Assembly (NCBI GenBank): GCA_965205675.1
Contig: OZ242186.1
Coordinates: forward strand, 1,632,001 to 1,696,000
Direction: 5' to 3'
DNA: 64,000 nt
From: Nitrosopumilus sp.
Lineage (GTDB): Archaea; Thermoproteota; Nitrososphaeria; Nitrososphaerales; Nitrosopumilaceae
The translations under genes and the position numbers were made by a program. This document shows, piece after piece, positions 20,459 to 31,336 of the stretch. Every line of letters begins with the position of its first letter. Position 1 is the first letter of the stretch. The notes under the pieces are model-generated. The model did no database searches. It was not told where the DNA came from and worked only from the letters and a program-made list of their open reading frames with translations.

Positions 20459-20896
20459 ATGAGTCAAGAAAAGGCAGAACAATTAATGCAACAAATGCAA
20501 ATGCTTGAAACTTATTTTTCTGATTTGTCTCAGAGAGAAGTCACTTTTATGAATATTTTAAGAGAAGCAACTGCATCCATTGAATCTATTCGATCCCTTA
20601 GTAAGAATCCTGAATCTGAAACACTAGTCCCAATGGGAATGGGCGCTTTTATCCCAACAAAAATATCTTCTACTTCTAAGATTGTTATGAATATTGGTGC
20701 TGGTATTGCAATCGAAAAAGATTTCCCTTCTGCTATTAACTATCTTGAAGCAAGAATTAAAGAAATTGAAGTTGCATTACAAGACACTGTTGCAAAAAAA
20801 CAAGATGCATCTGCTAGATTAGAACAAGGAAAAGCTCAGATGAATCAAATGATGCAAGCAATGCGATCTCCGTCCAAACCTACAACTACAGGATAA
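20459..20896 (+). CDS. pfdA: Prefoldin alpha subunit
   Basis: Coiled coils flanking LVPMG...NIGAGIAIEK beta-hairpins; upstream of ftsY. Confidence 0.92.
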   Translation: MSQEKAEQLMQQMQMLETYFSDLSQREVTFMNILREATASIESIRSLSKNPESETLVPMGMGAFIPTKISSTSKIVMNIGAGIAIEKDFPSAINYLEARIKEIEVALQDTVAKKQDASARLEQGKAQMNQMMQAMRSPSKPTTTG

Positions 20897-20898
20897 CC

Positions 20899-22149
20899 AT
20901 GTTTGATAAACTTCGTAGTGCATTTTCTAATGCTGCGAAAAGTCTTGGAGAAAAAGAACTTGGTGAAAAAGATGTTGAAGATGTTCTTTCTGAATTAGAA
21001 ATTTCTCTTTTAGAATCTGATGTTGCAACTGAAGTAATTGGTTCTATTAAATCTGATCTTAAAGAAAAACTAGTTGGTTCTAAAGTTGATAAACATGAAA
21101 TTGAAAAATTTGTCAAAGACAGTTTAATCTCTAGTATTTCTTCTTTATTTGATGCAGCAGGTGAGTATGATCTTCTCCAAAAAATTAATGAAAAAAAAAG
21201 CCAAGGACAGCCATTTCTGATTTTGTTTGTTGGAATTAATGGTACTGGAAAAACTACTTCTCTAGCCAAAATTGCACATTTGTTAAAAGAATCAAAATAT
21301 TCAGTTGTAATTGCCGCAGCTGATACTTTTAGAGCAGGTGCTATCGAACAATTACGTGAACACACTAATCGTTTGAATCTAAAACTTGTTGCACAAAACT
21401 ATAATTCAGATCCTGCTGCAGTTGCACGTGATGCTGTGCTATACGCAAAATCTCACAAAACTAATTGTGTTTTAATTGACACTGCTGGAAGAATGCAAAC
21501 AAGTGAAAACTTGATGCAGCAAATTGCAAAAATTACAAAAGTCGTCAACCCTGACATGAAAATTTTTGTAGGTGATTCTTTAGCTGGAAATGATACAGTG
21601 AATCAAGCCCGTGAATTTCATGAACATGTAAAGTTTGATGGTTCTATTTTGACAAAAAGTGATGCTGATGCACGAGGCGGTGCTGCCTTATCTATTGTTA
21701 AAGTCACATCTACTCCTGTACTCTATGTTGGAGTTGGTCAAGAATATTCTGATCTTAAACCCTTTGACAAAGATCTTTTCCTAGAGACTGTTTTTGGTTC
21801 TCTTGATGATGTTGATATTTCAAAACCTTCTAAACCAACACCAGAACCAGAACCAACACCAACACCAGAACCAACACCAGAACTGTCTTCTGATGATCCG
21901 TTTGACGGAATCAAAGATGATGATATTGCAACATATTCTGATCTGTTTGATATTCCTCCACCTGAAAATGATCACGATGCAATTAATTTAGGTAATAAAA
22001 TCCGCCAATGGATTAAAAATGGAAGACCTGAATCTGATGAATCTAATAATGATGTGAGTGTTGATGTTGAAGATGAAGAAATCCAAAAACATGATAAAGA
22101 AGACAAACCAGAAAAGAAACGAGGCCGATTCGGATTCTTTAAAAAATGA
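20899..22149 (+). CDS. ftsY: Signal recognition particle receptor FtsY
   Basis: GINGTGKTT, DTFRAGA, DTAGR, TKSD, GVGQ; acidic C-terminal extension. Confidence 0.95.
   Translation: MFDKLRSAFSNAAKSLGEKELGEKDVEDVLSELEISLLESDVATEVIGSIKSDLKEKLVGSKVDKHEIEKFVKDSLISSISSLFDAAGEYDLLQKINEKKSQGQPFLILFVGINGTGKTTSLAKIAHLLKESKYSVVIAAADTFRAGAIEQLREHTNRLNLKLVAQNYNSDPAAVARDAVLYAKSHKTNCVLIDTAGRMQTSENLMQQIAKITKVVNPDMKIFVGDSLAGNDTVNQAREFHEHVKFDGSILTKSDADARGGAALSIVKVTSTPVLYVGVGQEYSDLKPFDKDLFLETVFGSLDDVDISKPSKPTPEPEPTPTPEPTPELSSDDPFDGIKDDDIATYSDLFDIPPPENDHDAINLGNKIRQWIKNGRPESDESNNDVSVDVEDEEIQKHDKEDKPEKKRGRFGFFKK
21835..21882 (+). repeat. Coding hexamer repeat (CCAACA/CCAGAA; Pro-Thr/Pro-Glu linker)
   Basis: Eight tandem hexamers encoding PTPEPEPTPTPEPTPE. 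Confidence 0.85.
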
Positions 22150-23060
22150 AACTTAAAACTAAAAATCTACTCACATTAGCGGAATTATCTTCAAAAGAAT
22201 TTTTAGGATTAATTGATAATTCTATCAAACTAAAGAAAGAATTCAAAAAGAGTGGAAACAAATCTATCTTAAAAAATAAAACATTAACGATGATTTTTCA
22301 AAAACCATCTACTCGAACACGTGTTAGTTTTGAAGTTGGTATGTATCAATTAGGAGGTCATGCAGTTCATCTTTCATCTGATGACATGCAATTATCTCGT
22401 GGAGAATCTATAGAAGATACTGCCAAAACTCTTTCACGTTATTCTGATTGTATTATGGCACGTGTTTATGATCATGCATTACTTGAAACATTATCTAAAC
22501 ATGCAAGTATTCCTGTAATTAATGGACTTTCTAATACTTTTCATCCTTGTCAAATTTTAGCAGATTTTATGACTATTAAAGAAAAAAAGAAAAAACTCAA
22601 AGGATTAAAAATTGCATGGATTGGAGATGGTAATAATGTCTGTAATTCTATGATTTATGGTGCAGCATTATCTAAAGTAAATATGTCCATAGCAACTCCA
22701 AAAGGATTTGAACCAAAAAAAAACATTGTAAAACAAGTCAAAAAATCAATCAATATCGAATTAACAACTGATCCATTTGTTGCAACTAAAAATGCAGATG
22801 TTGTAGTCGCAGATACTTTTTCATCTATTCATAATCTTAATAAAAAAAGATTACAAAAATTCTTACCAAAATATCAAGTTGATGATAAATTAATGAAGTC
22901 TGCAAAAAAAGATGCGATCTTTTTACACTGTCTTCCAGCTAAAAGAGGAAAAGAAGTAACTTCTTCTGTAATTGATGGCCCTCAATCATCTGTTTGGGAT
23001 GAGGCAGAGAATCGATTACATACACAGAAAGCTCTGCTTGTTGCTCTAATTCATGCTTAA
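22146..23060 (+). CDS. argF: Ornithine carbamoyltransferase
   Basis: STRTR, HPCQ, HCLP and EAENR motifs. Confidence 0.95.
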   Translation: MKLKTKNLLTLAELSSKEFLGLIDNSIKLKKEFKKSGNKSILKNKTLTMIFQKPSTRTRVSFEVGMYQLGGHAVHLSSDDMQLSRGESIEDTAKTLSRYSDCIMARVYDHALLETLSKHASIPVINGLSNTFHPCQILADFMTIKEKKKKLKGLKIAWIGDGNNVCNSMIYGAALSKVNMSIATPKGFEPKKNIVKQVKKSINIELTTDPFVATKNADVVVADTFSSIHNLNKKRLQKFLPKYQVDDKLMKSAKKDAIFLHCLPAKRGKEVTSSVIDGPQSSVWDEAENRLHTQKALLVALIHA

Positions 23061-23201
23061 CGTCATTAAAACAAATCTTGTTTTGATCGCTTTCTTGTTC
23101 AGGAAATAAAATTGCTTGTGGTAGATTGCCTCCATCTTAATTTATGGTGTAGTAACTTGTCTTGTATACAATACCTATGGACATATGACTCCGAACATAT
23201 T

Positions 23202-24267
23202 AGACCTCTTGCGTAATTACAAACAAAATCTTATCTTTCATTGAATTTAATTTCAAATAATTTCTAATCTTATGGAATCACAACAAACTCTTGCTTCCAT
23301 CTTGTCTTGAAATTTACAATTCCACATACGATGTCACTTATTGCATCATATCTGCACAATCTATTCCTAAATGTCTCAGAATTAATCCTAAACTTTTTGA
23401 TTTGAGAGATAATATGTTCTACTTTTATTCGGATTCTTGACTGTATCTTGTTCCATTCCTTTTGATGTATGGTCAGTTTTTTTCCTTTCTTTTTCTTGTA
23501 TGGTAGAATGCTTGTCTGTTCTGGAAAATCTTTTTCCACTCCCAAATGCCCAAGGTCATAAGATATCATCACATCTTCGGGCAGTTCTGGATGTCTGATT
23601 TTCAGTATGGCATAATCATGTTACCTGGAGAATGTGGGGGTTTGTGGATTATCTCACCTTTCTGGTTTATGGTGATTTGGTTTTTTATTGTGTGTTTTTT
23701 TGCCTGAATAGTGAGTCTTTCTTTTCTTTTTGTTCTGGGGTCTTGGGATTGGTTGTTCAGTACCATCAGTCATTGCAATTAATTCAGGAAAGAACAGTTG
23801 GAGTTGCTGTACATCATTTTTTTGGAATCAGAGTATAGTTTTGCAGGAATAGGAACTGTTTTTCTTACTGCAGGCTCTAAATCTGATGTTTCTGTAGACG
23901 TTGCTCTGGTCTAATCCAAACAGATATCCTGTCAATTCACATGTCAGGTACATCCGATAGTAAACAAACAACATTACAAGCTGGTCTTCAAGACTCAAAT
24001 CAAACTTTCGCCCAGCTCCGATACTTCTTTTTCTCTTTGCTTTGGATAGTCTCTTCTTTTCTTCTATACGGTGATTCTTTCTGACATCCTTTAGAATCAC
24101 ATCAAACTGTTGCCTAGTCACTCCAGTAAAAGAGAGAAGGGATTTTGGCTTTTTTGAGAGTTGCTTGTATGTTAACATGAAATGTGTTAAGTTGTTCTTA
24201 GCTTTGGATCTTGCTGTGAAGGAATTTGTGTAATATGGTAAAATATGTCTAATTGCGCAAGAGGTCT
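23202..24267 (-). mobile_element. IS5-family (ISL2-like) insertion sequence
   Basis: TIR AGACCTCTTGCG(T/C)AATT at both ends; 3-bp ATT target duplication at 23199-23201 and 24268-24270. Confidence 0.9.
23270..24178 (-). pseudogene. IS5-family transposase, frameshifted
   Basis: HTH region (GAGRKFDLSLEDQL...GYLFGLDQSNV) and DDE region (DLG, RIKVEHII) lie in different frames. Confidence 0.85.
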
Positions 24268-24413
24268 ATTTTGTACATCTTGTCAAAAATGTGGGAATAA
24301 TCCCTACACATATTTCCATAATTTTGTACTTACTATCAAGTACGATATCCGTTAAGACATCGTTATCTACACGTTAACGTATATAAGAGCAGATTCAAAC
24401 TCGGTTTCTATAG

Positions 24414-24896
24414 ATGGCATATTCGAAAATACTGAGGAGATTAAGAGAAGAAAAGACCAATTATAAAAAACGTGGAACCATGTTGATGGGCAAACGTGAT
24501 TTTATCACTGTAAATATTACTAATGAAAATACTCAAGTCCAAATTCTAAAACCTGGCATGACTGGTGACAAAGTTGTTGCTTCTGCTCATTCTAGATATC
24601 TACTTGAAAAAGGATGGAAGGGTTCTAGAAAAAGTGTACCTGCTGCATATTTGACTGGTTATTTGGCTGGTAAGAAAGCATTAGGACATGGTGCTAAAGA
24701 TGCAATATTGTATACTGGTACTAAAAGATACACTCAAAGAATGGCAGCTGCTCTTAAAGGTGTTATTGATGCGGGAGTTGAAGTACCAGCTGATTCAGAA
24801 ACATTCCCATCTGATGAAAGAATTAACGGTGAGCACCTAACAGTAAAAAATGAAATTTCAAAAATAAAATCTTCTATTGATAGTGAGGTTAAATAA
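24414..24896 (+). CDS. rpl18: 50S ribosomal protein L18
   Basis: KTNY, PAAYLTG and ERINGEH motifs. Confidence 0.95.
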   Translation: MAYSKILRRLREEKTNYKKRGTMLMGKRDFITVNITNENTQVQILKPGMTGDKVVASAHSRYLLEKGWKGSRKSVPAAYLTGYLAGKKALGHGAKDAILYTGTKRYTQRMAAALKGVIDAGVEVPADSETFPSDERINGEHLTVKNEISKIKSSIDSEVK

Positions 24897-24898
24897 AT

Positions 24899-25609
24899 AT
24901 GAGTCAAACCGCACAATCTAAAGATTCTCGTGGACCTCGTGGCAAATCTGCACCTGTATATGGAAGAGGCCCTCCTAATGGTGGAGATCGACCAAGACGA
25001 CCAAGAAGAGAACCTGAAGAAGAAGTTTGGGTTCCAAAAACTATTTTGGGACAAAAAGTTGCATCTGGAGAAATTTCATCTCTAGAAGAAATTATTGAAT
25101 TAGGATTACGTATTCAAGAAGCTGGAATTATCAAAAAACTGCTACCTGATTTGAAAAGTGAAGTTGTAGATGTTGGTATAATCCAAAAAATGACTTCTAA
25201 TGGCCAATCAACTAGATTCAAAGCAATTGTTGCAGCAGGTAATGAAAATGGATATCTTGGTGTTGGTCAAGGAAAATCAAAACAAATGAGAATTGCTATT
25301 GAAAAAGCAACAAGCCAAGCTTATCTTAATGTTAATCCTATCAAAATGGGATGTGGTAGTTGGGAATGTAGGTGTGATCAAAAACATTCTGTTCCATTCA
25401 AAGTAAAGGGTAAAGGTGGTAGTGTTACCATTGAAATTATTCCTGCACCTCGTGGTTTAGGTCTTGTAGCAGGTGGTAAAATTAAACGATTGTTAGAATT
25501 AGCTGGTCTCAAAGATGCATGGACTACTGCAAAAGGATCTACTCCTACAATGAATTCGACTTCAAAAGCAATATTGGATTGTCTAAGACAGACATTTAGC
25601 CAGGGTTGA
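24899..25609 (+). CDS. rps5: 30S ribosomal protein S5
   Basis: WVPKT, GCGSWEC, PAPRGLG. Confidence 0.95.
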   Translation: MSQTAQSKDSRGPRGKSAPVYGRGPPNGGDRPRRPRREPEEEVWVPKTILGQKVASGEISSLEEIIELGLRIQEAGIIKKLLPDLKSEVVDVGIIQKMTSNGQSTRFKAIVAAGNENGYLGVGQGKSKQMRIAIEKATSQAYLNVNPIKMGCGSWECRCDQKHSVPFKVKGKGGSVTIEIIPAPRGLGLVAGGKIKRLLELAGLKDAWTTAKGSTPTMNSTSKAILDCLRQTFSQG

Positions 25610-25615
25610 TAAATT

Positions 25616-26083
25616 ATGGTAAATGCATATCTTGTTGTCAGAATAAAAGGTCAGGCAGATTGTCCTTATTGGGCAACTCATACTATGACTTTGCTAAAAT
25701 TGGATAAAAAATATCGTGCAACTATTCTTCCTGCAAAAGAAAATACGTTGGGCATGTTAAGAAAAATACAGCACTATGTATCTTGGATTGAACTTGATTC
25801 TTCCTTGGCAAAGGAATTGGTTGACAAAAAAGCAAGAAAGTCTGGTTATCAGAAAATTACTTCTGAAGATTTGAAAGAACTTGGTTTTGCAAATACTGAT
25901 GAATTAGCAACAGCATTGGCTGATGGAAAAGCAACGTTATCCAAATTAAAACCACTAAAACCTTGGTTTGCTTTAGCCCCACCAGTGCATGGATTTAAAA
26001 GAAGTACAAAGAAACTTTACGGACAAAAAGGTATCCTTGGACAAAATAAAGAACTTGATACTATTGTAAGGAGAATGATTTAA
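25616..26083 (+). CDS. rpl30: 50S ribosomal protein L30
   Basis: VVRIKG, GML, LAPP..GF; operon position. Confidence 0.93.
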   Translation: MVNAYLVVRIKGQADCPYWATHTMTLLKLDKKYRATILPAKENTLGMLRKIQHYVSWIELDSSLAKELVDKKARKSGYQKITSEDLKELGFANTDELATALADGKATLSKLKPLKPWFALAPPVHGFKRSTKKLYGQKGILGQNKELDTIVRRMI

Positions 26084-26084
26084 C

Positions 26085-26510
26085 ATGGCAAGTAGATTAC
26101 GAAAAACAAGACGACTTAGAGGTGGACGTCACATGGGATGGGGACAAGTAGGTCAACATCGTGCAAGCGGTCACAAAGGTGGTCTTGGAATTACTGGTAT
26201 GAAGAAACATCATAGAAGTACTATGATGAAAGAAGATCCAGATCATTATGGCCATGATATACCTAAAACACCTCACCCAAATATTATAAAAAAATGGACT
26301 AGCTTCAGGGATTTAGATGACTTGTTCATAAAGTTCGGTAAAGAAGAAGGAGGAAAAAAAGTCATAGACCTAGAAAGTGCAGGATATGATAAACTCCTTG
26401 GTGGTGGAAAACTTGTCAATGCTTATTCCATCAAAGTTCAACAATTTACCGCATCTGCTGCAGAAAAACTAAAAGCTGTTGGGGGAGAAGTGTTATCTGA
26501 TAATGGCTGA
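26085..26510 (+). CDS. rpl15: 50S ribosomal protein L15
   Basis: RGGRHMGWG...HR.SG.KGG and KLLGGG motifs. Confidence 0.93.
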   Translation: MASRLRKTRRLRGGRHMGWGQVGQHRASGHKGGLGITGMKKHHRSTMMKEDPDHYGHDIPKTPHPNIIKKWTSFRDLDDLFIKFGKEEGGKKVIDLESAGYDKLLGGGKLVNAYSIKVQQFTASAAEKLKAVGGEVLSDNG

Positions 26511-27936
26511 AGGTAGTATCACCACAATTATTCGAAAAATAGTCTTTAAAGCAGAGCCATATCTACCACAAGTTCCAAAACCTAAAAAGAAAATTCCTCT
26601 CCAAGTAAGATTACTTTGGTGTGGTATTGCATTACTTATCTATATGATAATGGGACAAACCCCATTATTTGGAGCTAGTGCACCTGCATTTGATTTCCTA
26701 GCCTTTGCTAGAGTTATTTTTGCATCTCAACAAGGTACTTTAGTTGAATTGGGGATTGGGCCGATAGTTACAGCTGGACTCTTGATGCAATTATTGAGAG
26801 GTTCAGATATTCTTAAATTTGATTTCAAAAAACCTGAAGAACGAGGAATTTTTCAGACTGCTACTAAAATAGTAACTTACATCGTAATTGTAGCTGAGTC
26901 AATCGTGTATGCTATTGCAGTTTACGGCCCTGGTGTTACTGAACCATACGTTCTGTATGTAATGATTGGCCAATTGATGGCAGCGTCTGTCATTATCATG
27001 TTCTTAGATGAATTGATTCAGAAAGGTTGGGGGCTTGGTAGTGGAATCAGTTTATTCATTATGGCAGGTGTTGCTCAGCAGATTCTTTGGAGTATGTTTA
27101 GTCCGCTGCCTGCAGGTGATGGTGGCATGATTGGTATTATTCCATATGTTGTTGAATCTTTGACTGGTAGTGGGGATATTACAAATATTCTGTTCCGTTC
27201 GAATCAATTACCAAGCATATTTGGTTTATGTCTGACGGCTGGAATTTTGTTGATTCTTGTATTTACACAAGGTATGAAAATTGAAATTCCAATTGTTTCT
27301 ACAAAATACAGGGGTTTCTCTGCTGTTTATCCAATCAAATTGATGTATGTCTCAAACATCCCAGTTATTTTGGCTTCAGCTCTTACTGCGAATGCTGTTT
27401 TCATATTCCAAATGCTGTGGGCAAACATGAATCCCAGCAATAATAATTTCTTTATGAACTTTATAGCGCAATTTGATCCTACTAGCCCTAGTACTCCAAT
27501 CGGCGGCATCATTTACTACATTACTCCTCCAAGAGGTCTAGATGTTGCAGCTTTAGATCCAATGCGTGCGGTAGGATATGTTTTGTTTATGATTGGAATT
27601 GTAGTTGTATTTGGCAGATTGTGGGTTGAACTTGGTGGTTTATCTCCAAAGAGTGCTGCACAAAACTTACTTGATGCAGATGTACAAATTCCTGGATTTA
27701 GAAGATCAAATAAACCAGTTGAAGCATTGCTAAACAAATACATTCCATCTGTTACAATTATTGGTTCTATGATTTTGGGAGCATTAGCAGGTATTTCTGA
27801 TGTGCTTGGTGTCTTTGGTTCTGGAATTGGAATTTTACTTATGGTGGATATTCTCATCAACTATTACACACAATTAGTTAGAGAACAAGTCGAAGTCGTT
27901 ATGCCGCGTTTAGGTGCTTTACTTGGCAGAAAATAA
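26503..27936 (+). CDS. secY: Preprotein translocase subunit SecY
   Basis: ELGIGPIVTAG, GLGSGISLFI, YVSNIPVI, IPGFR. Confidence 0.97.
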   Translation: MAEGSITTIIRKIVFKAEPYLPQVPKPKKKIPLQVRLLWCGIALLIYMIMGQTPLFGASAPAFDFLAFARVIFASQQGTLVELGIGPIVTAGLLMQLLRGSDILKFDFKKPEERGIFQTATKIVTYIVIVAESIVYAIAVYGPGVTEPYVLYVMIGQLMAASVIIMFLDELIQKGWGLGSGISLFIMAGVAQQILWSMFSPLPAGDGGMIGIIPYVVESLTGSGDITNILFRSNQLPSIFGLCLTAGILLILVFTQGMKIEIPIVSTKYRGFSAVYPIKLMYVSNIPVILASALTANAVFIFQMLWANMNPSNNNFFMNFIAQFDPTSPSTPIGGIIYYITPPRGLDVAALDPMRAVGYVLFMIGIVVVFGRLWVELGGLSPKSAAQNLLDADVQIPGFRRSNKPVEALLNKYIPSVTIIGSMILGALAGISDVLGVFGSGIGILLMVDILINYYTQLVREQVEVVMPRLGALLGRK

Positions 27937-28501
27937 AAAAATCATAATGATAGGTATTCCAGGTGTTGGAAAGACTACATTACTATCTAAGATCGTTGAA
28001 ATTCTAAAAAATCACGAAAAAAATGTTCACGTGGTTAGTTATGGAACATTGATGTATGAAGTTGCCAAAGAGAACTGTGTTACTGATAGAGATGATCTAA
28101 GAAAATTGCCTGTATCTGAACAACGACATCTTCAAAAAGTTGCAGCCGAAAAAATTGCCTCTCATACTGAAGAAATTATTATTATTGATACACATGCTTT
28201 TATCAACTCTCCAGAAGGCTATTATCCGGGTTTACCTGAACATGTTCTAAAAATTATTCAACCTGCAAACTTTGTATCTGTATCTGCAAAACCTGAAGAA
28301 ATTTACAATAGGCGTATGAAGGACGATACTCGAAATAGGGATAAAATTACTCTGGCTAATATTAAAAAAGAACTAGATGTTCAATCAGGCATGATCTCTG
28401 CATGTGCTGTGATTACTGGTGCACCAGTAAGGGTAATTCTTAATGGTGAGGGAAAGGTTGATGAAGCAGCTAATAAAATCATTAGTGCAATAGGACTGTA
28501 A
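27923..28501 (+). CDS. adk: Adenylate kinase (archaeal)
   Basis: GIPGVGKTT, DTH and GYYPGLP motifs. Confidence 0.93.
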   Translation: MAENKKIIMIGIPGVGKTTLLSKIVEILKNHEKNVHVVSYGTLMYEVAKENCVTDRDDLRKLPVSEQRHLQKVAAEKIASHTEEIIIIDTHAFINSPEGYYPGLPEHVLKIIQPANFVSVSAKPEEIYNRRMKDDTRNRDKITLANIKKELDVQSGMISACAVITGAPVRVILNGEGKVDEAANKIISAIGL

Positions 28502-28503
28502 AA

Positions 28504-29148
28504 ATGGATTTCAACTTTATACTACTCTTCATCGATTTTATACCTCTTTTTCTAGATTCAATTTCATTACAATTTGATATATTTGGTGGGGAGAGACAGG
28601 CTTTGGGAAGTGATGAACCAATTATTAAAGGATTAATTCTTTCAATGTTTGCCGTAACCGGATTTGGCATTTTATTAAATATCTTCAATTCTGCAGTACG
28701 AAAGAAGATGGTTGATCAAGTGAAACTCAAACGAATTATGAAAGAAACTCGTGGTTGGCAAAAAGAAAGAATGGCTGCAATGAGAGCTAAAGATCAAGCC
28801 AAAATTGCTGAATTAGGAAAAAAATCGTCCTACATGAACAAAATGTCTATGGAGATGATGCAGATGAATATGAGACCCATGCTGATTACTTTTGTACCTT
28901 TAATTTTGATATTTTATCTTGTATTGCCTCAACTATTTGCATACACTGTAGCTATCTCCCCTATTCCACTAAATGTAATTCCGGGAGATCTGTTCCAGTT
29001 AACATGTACAGCAGAACAAGCAGCAGATGTTGATCATGTTTGTACTGAAGAAAATGCATTATATCTTTGGGCTTGGTATTTCCTTTCATCTATTGCGTTT
29101 AGTGGCATAATTATGAGACTTACCAAAACATCAATGGATCTCAGTTGA
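28504..29148 (+). CDS. EMC3/TMCO1 (DUF106) family membrane protein
   Basis: TM-coiled coil-TM layout, RPMLITFVP, WYFL; canonical position after adk. Confidence 0.85.
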   Translation: MDFNFILLFIDFIPLFLDSISLQFDIFGGERQALGSDEPIIKGLILSMFAVTGFGILLNIFNSAVRKKMVDQVKLKRIMKETRGWQKERMAAMRAKDQAKIAELGKKSSYMNKMSMEMMQMNMRPMLITFVPLILIFYLVLPQLFAYTVAISPIPLNVIPGDLFQLTCTAEQAADVDHVCTEENALYLWAWYFLSSIAFSGIIMRLTKTSMDLS

Positions 29149-29705
29149 CCAAATCCATTGTTATTTCTGGTCCTCCTGCAGTGGGGAAAACAACTGTTGC
29201 TAAAGGACTGGCCAAAGAATTCAAACTACAATATCTTAGTGGGGGTGATGTTCTCAAAGAAATGGCAAATGAACGCGGTTTTGATTCTAAAGGTGATGAT
29301 TGGTGGGACACTGATGATGGGATGGAATTTCTTAATCAACGTGAAGAAAATTCTGATTTTGATAAAAAATTGGATGCAAAACTAATTACTCTCTTTAATC
29401 AAGGAGGCATGGTAATTACTAGCTATACTTTACCTTGGTTAATCAAAGATGGAATATGCATTTGGTTAGAAGGTTCTCATCAAAGTAGTACTAAACGAAT
29501 GCAGTCTCGTGATAATATGAGCCCTGAAGAGGCATATGAAATTACTAAAGAAAGATTTGATAAGAATAAAGCATTATACAAAAAATTATATAATTTTGAT
29601 TTTGGTGAAGATAAATCTGTATTTGATTTGCTAATAAATACAGATAACTTGACAGCACAACAAGTAATTGACGTTACAAAAGAAACGGTGAGAAAATTAT
29701 TATGA
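29145..29705 (+). CDS. cmk: Cytidylate kinase
   Basis: ISGPPAVGKTT P-loop; FDLLINTD. Confidence 0.9.
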   Translation: MTKSIVISGPPAVGKTTVAKGLAKEFKLQYLSGGDVLKEMANERGFDSKGDDWWDTDDGMEFLNQREENSDFDKKLDAKLITLFNQGGMVITSYTLPWLIKDGICIWLEGSHQSSTKRMQSRDNMSPEEAYEITKERFDKNKALYKKLYNFDFGEDKSVFDLLINTDNLTAQQVIDVTKETVRKLL

Positions 29706-30703
29706 CTTTAAAACAACTTGAAAACCTTGTTGAAATTGATCAAGATACTACTGATGATGCTTATGGAACTTATTATGATAAAAGAACTATTGAACAATTA
29801 TTAAACTATGGAATTATTCTTTTGGATAAACCGCCTGGTCCTACAAGTCATGAAACTGTAGCATGGACCAAACGTCTCTTGAAATTACCGAAAATTGGTC
29901 ACAGTGGAACTTTGGATCCTCAAGTATCTGGAGTTTTGCCTTTGGGTCTGGGTGAGGCAACTAAAGCATTAGGTGTATTGCTTTATGGTCCAAAAGAATA
30001 TCATGCATTAGGACGAATTCATTCTTTGCCCTCTAAAGAAAAACTAAATGAAATTGTAGAAATGTTTCAGGGCGAAATTTTTCAAAAACCTCCTCAGCGC
30101 TCAGCTGTTCTAAGACAAACTAGAACAAGAACTATCTATGAATTTGAAGTTATAGAACAAAAGGAAAGATTGCTTTTGACTCGAATTTTATGTGAAGCTG
30201 GTACATACATTAGGAAACTTTACTATGATATGGGTGAAATTTTAGGTCCTGGTGCTACTATGATTGAGCTTAGACGAACTAGAGTTGATCAATTTTATGA
30301 AAAAGATGGTTTGGTTACTCTGCATGAACTTGCAGATGCATTTGCATTATGGGAAGAGAAAAAAGATGATAGTAAATTGATGAAAATGATCAAACCTGTA
30401 GAATCTGCACTAAGTGAATTAAAATCTGTAATTATTCGCGATTCTGCAGTTGATGCAATGTGTCATGGTGCACAGCTTGCAATTCCTGGAATATTAAAAA
30501 TCTCTTCAAATATGAAAAAAGGTGACATCGTTGGAATTTATACACAAAAAGGAGAGGCAGTAGCTTTAGCAGAATCTACAATGTCTGAAGAAGAAATTCA
30601 TGATGCAACAAAAGGATATGCATTTGAGACAAAACGAATAATCATGGCTCCAAATACATATCCAAAAAAATGGAGAACTAAACCTGCTCCTCCAAAGGAT
30701 TAA
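29702..30703 (+). CDS. cbf5: H/ACA RNA-guided pseudouridine synthase Cbf5
   Basis: DKPPGPTSHE, GHSGTLDP, GTYIR; PUA domain. Confidence 0.95.
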   Translation: MTLKQLENLVEIDQDTTDDAYGTYYDKRTIEQLLNYGIILLDKPPGPTSHETVAWTKRLLKLPKIGHSGTLDPQVSGVLPLGLGEATKALGVLLYGPKEYHALGRIHSLPSKEKLNEIVEMFQGEIFQKPPQRSAVLRQTRTRTIYEFEVIEQKERLLLTRILCEAGTYIRKLYYDMGEILGPGATMIELRRTRVDQFYEKDGLVTLHELADAFALWEEKKDDSKLMKMIKPVESALSELKSVIIRDSAVDAMCHGAQLAIPGILKISSNMKKGDIVGIYTQKGEAVALAESTMSEEEIHDATKGYAFETKRIIMAPNTYPKKWRTKPAPPKD

Positions 30704-30715
30704 AAAATAAAGAAA

Positions 30716-31162
30716 TTGCTAACACAAAGTCTTGTAATCTTTATTGGAGTTGGTGTAATTGCAGGGCTTGCGTTTGGCGTATATCTAATTGATGTCAAAA
30801 ACCCCAGCCAACTAGTTTTTGTTGATGGTCCTTCAATTTCTATTGTTACTGAAAAATCTGATTTTAAAAAAGGTGAAGAAATAACTATTCGAATTATAAA
30901 TTCTGGAACTACTCCGATCACTTTTTCTGATGATTCGTATGGACTTCGAATAACTGGCTTGTCTGGAATTTTGATGTTTGTTCCTGATCCTTTTGAAGTA
31001 ATTCCAACACTTGATCCTGGTAGTGAAATTAGTTTTTCATGGAATCAAATAAAAAATGATGGTGATGCTGCTTTGGAAGGTCTTTACAAAATATCTGCAA
31101 AAGGAATTGATAATAATGGAAATTATGTAGAAGAATTTACAACCATAACAATTTGGAAATAG
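30716..31162 (+). CDS. Conserved hypothetical membrane-anchored Ig-like protein
   Basis: N-terminal TM; beta-rich domain (TEK..F..GE, W.Q, G.Y). Confidence 0.7.
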   Translation: MLTQSLVIFIGVGVIAGLAFGVYLIDVKNPSQLVFVDGPSISIVTEKSDFKKGEEITIRIINSGTTPITFSDDSYGLRITGLSGILMFVPDPFEVIPTLDPGSEISFSWNQIKNDGDAALEGLYKISAKGIDNNGNYVEEFTTITIWK

Positions 31163-31222
31163 TTTCACAGTAACATAATTTATAATCACATTTTACAAGA
31201 ATATCTTTGTCGCAAGACTTGT

Positions 31223-31323
31223 GCCGGGGTCGCCTAGCCTGGTAGGGCGCGCGCCTGGAAATAATTAACCATAAAGCGCGTTCTCGCAAGGGAACGGGAG
31301 TTCAAATCTCCCTCCCGGCGCCA
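31223..31323 (+). tRNA. tRNA-Ser(GGA) with a 14-nt intron at 37/38 (31261-31274) and encoded CCA
   Basis: GCCGGGG/TCCCGGC acceptor stem; CGCGC-CTGGAA[intron]A-GCGCG; long variable arm. Confidence 0.92.
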
Positions 31324-31336
31324 CTATACCTTCGTA

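Noticed and set aside
21800-22149. FtsY C-terminal PT/PE repeat and acidic tail
   Set aside because: An in-frame low-complexity linker that does not alter the reading frame; not a contingency locus
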